DNA of 64,000 nt from Felis catus (lineage: Eukaryota): assembly GCF_018350175.1 (NCBI RefSeq), contig NC_058368.1, positions 112,470,001 through 112,534,000 of the forward strand. Direction: 5' to 3'. The first letter of the stretch is position 1. Each line of letters starts with the position of its first letter. The notes under the pieces are model-generated. The model had not been told where the DNA came from and did no database searches. It saw only the letters and a list, made by a program, of their open reading frames with translations. A program made the translations under genes and the position numbers. Positions 63,555 to 64,000 of this stretch are shown in pieces.

Positions 63555-63810
63555 GTGTACAGTGTTTAGGAGTGTGAGTTCTGGAGCCAGCCTGCCAATT
63601 TTCAATTCTTGGCTCTATTTCTAATCTATATAAATAAGCAAGTTACTTTTAATTTCTCTTTCCTTGTTCTCTCATCTGTAAAATGAGAATAGTGGAATTT
63701 ACCTGATATGGCTGTTGCGAGATTTTAATGATTTTTTTGTCTCTCAGAGTAAGGTCCTTAACAGTGTTAACATAGTGTTCAATAAATGTTAGTGGTTTTT
63801 TATTATTATC
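63555..63810 (+). mobile_element. MIR just upstream of SMAD5 exon 2
   Basis: TCTGGAGCCAG...TCTCATCTGTAAAATGAGAATA...TTCAATAAATGTTAG. Confidence 0.8.
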
Positions 63811-63870
63811 ATCATCATCATCATCATCAAAGGAATATTAATGTTTTTGCTTTAGCAATTGATTTTGTAG

Positions 63871-63946
63871 AAAGGAAGCTGTTGGATTCCTTGAAATAGC
63901 TATATTCTTTTTAAGAAAGCCGAATGTCCCACAAAAGTCTACCTCT
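63871..63946 (+). other. SMAD5: SMAD5 non-coding exon 2 (5' UTR)
   Basis: TTTTGTAG|AAAGGAAGCTGTTG...GCTATATTCT...AAGAAA...AATGTCC...TCTACCTCT|GTAGGT resembles the roughly 75-nt second exon of human SMAD5 mRNA as I recall it. Confidence 0.78.
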
Positions 63947-64000
63947 GTAGGTAACTTCTTAAGATCGTTCATGCCCTGTTGTCTCTTCAGTCATTAACAT

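Overview
Mammalian genomic DNA, almost certainly felid: about 15 carnivore tRNA-derived Can-SINEs of the SINEC_Fc type and a young carnivore-type L1 3' end. No protein-coding exon is supported; the ORF track is noise apart from L1 ORF2 remnants. Two genes are recognisable. (1) A complete Pol III vault RNA gene on the minus strand at 8408-8506, with box A, box B, terminal stem, T4 terminator and upstream CRE and GC box. Its sequence and its position about 42 kb upstream of SMAD5 make it the orthologue of human VTRNA2-1/nc886. (2) The CpG-island promoter, non-coding exon 1 (about 50326-50443), intron 1 and non-coding exon 2 (63871-63946) of SMAD5, whose CDS lies beyond the window. Most interesting: the vault RNA combines vtRNA2-type ends with a vtRNA1-type core and sits between a CpG-rich patch and a strong CTCF motif, as in the polymorphically imprinted human nc886 domain; a candidate unannotated spliced transcript or small ORF at 17.8-19.5 kb; and several splicing, polyadenylation and uORF features in the SMAD5 leader. 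Gene names and repeat families come from my recall of human and consensus sequences, not from database searches.
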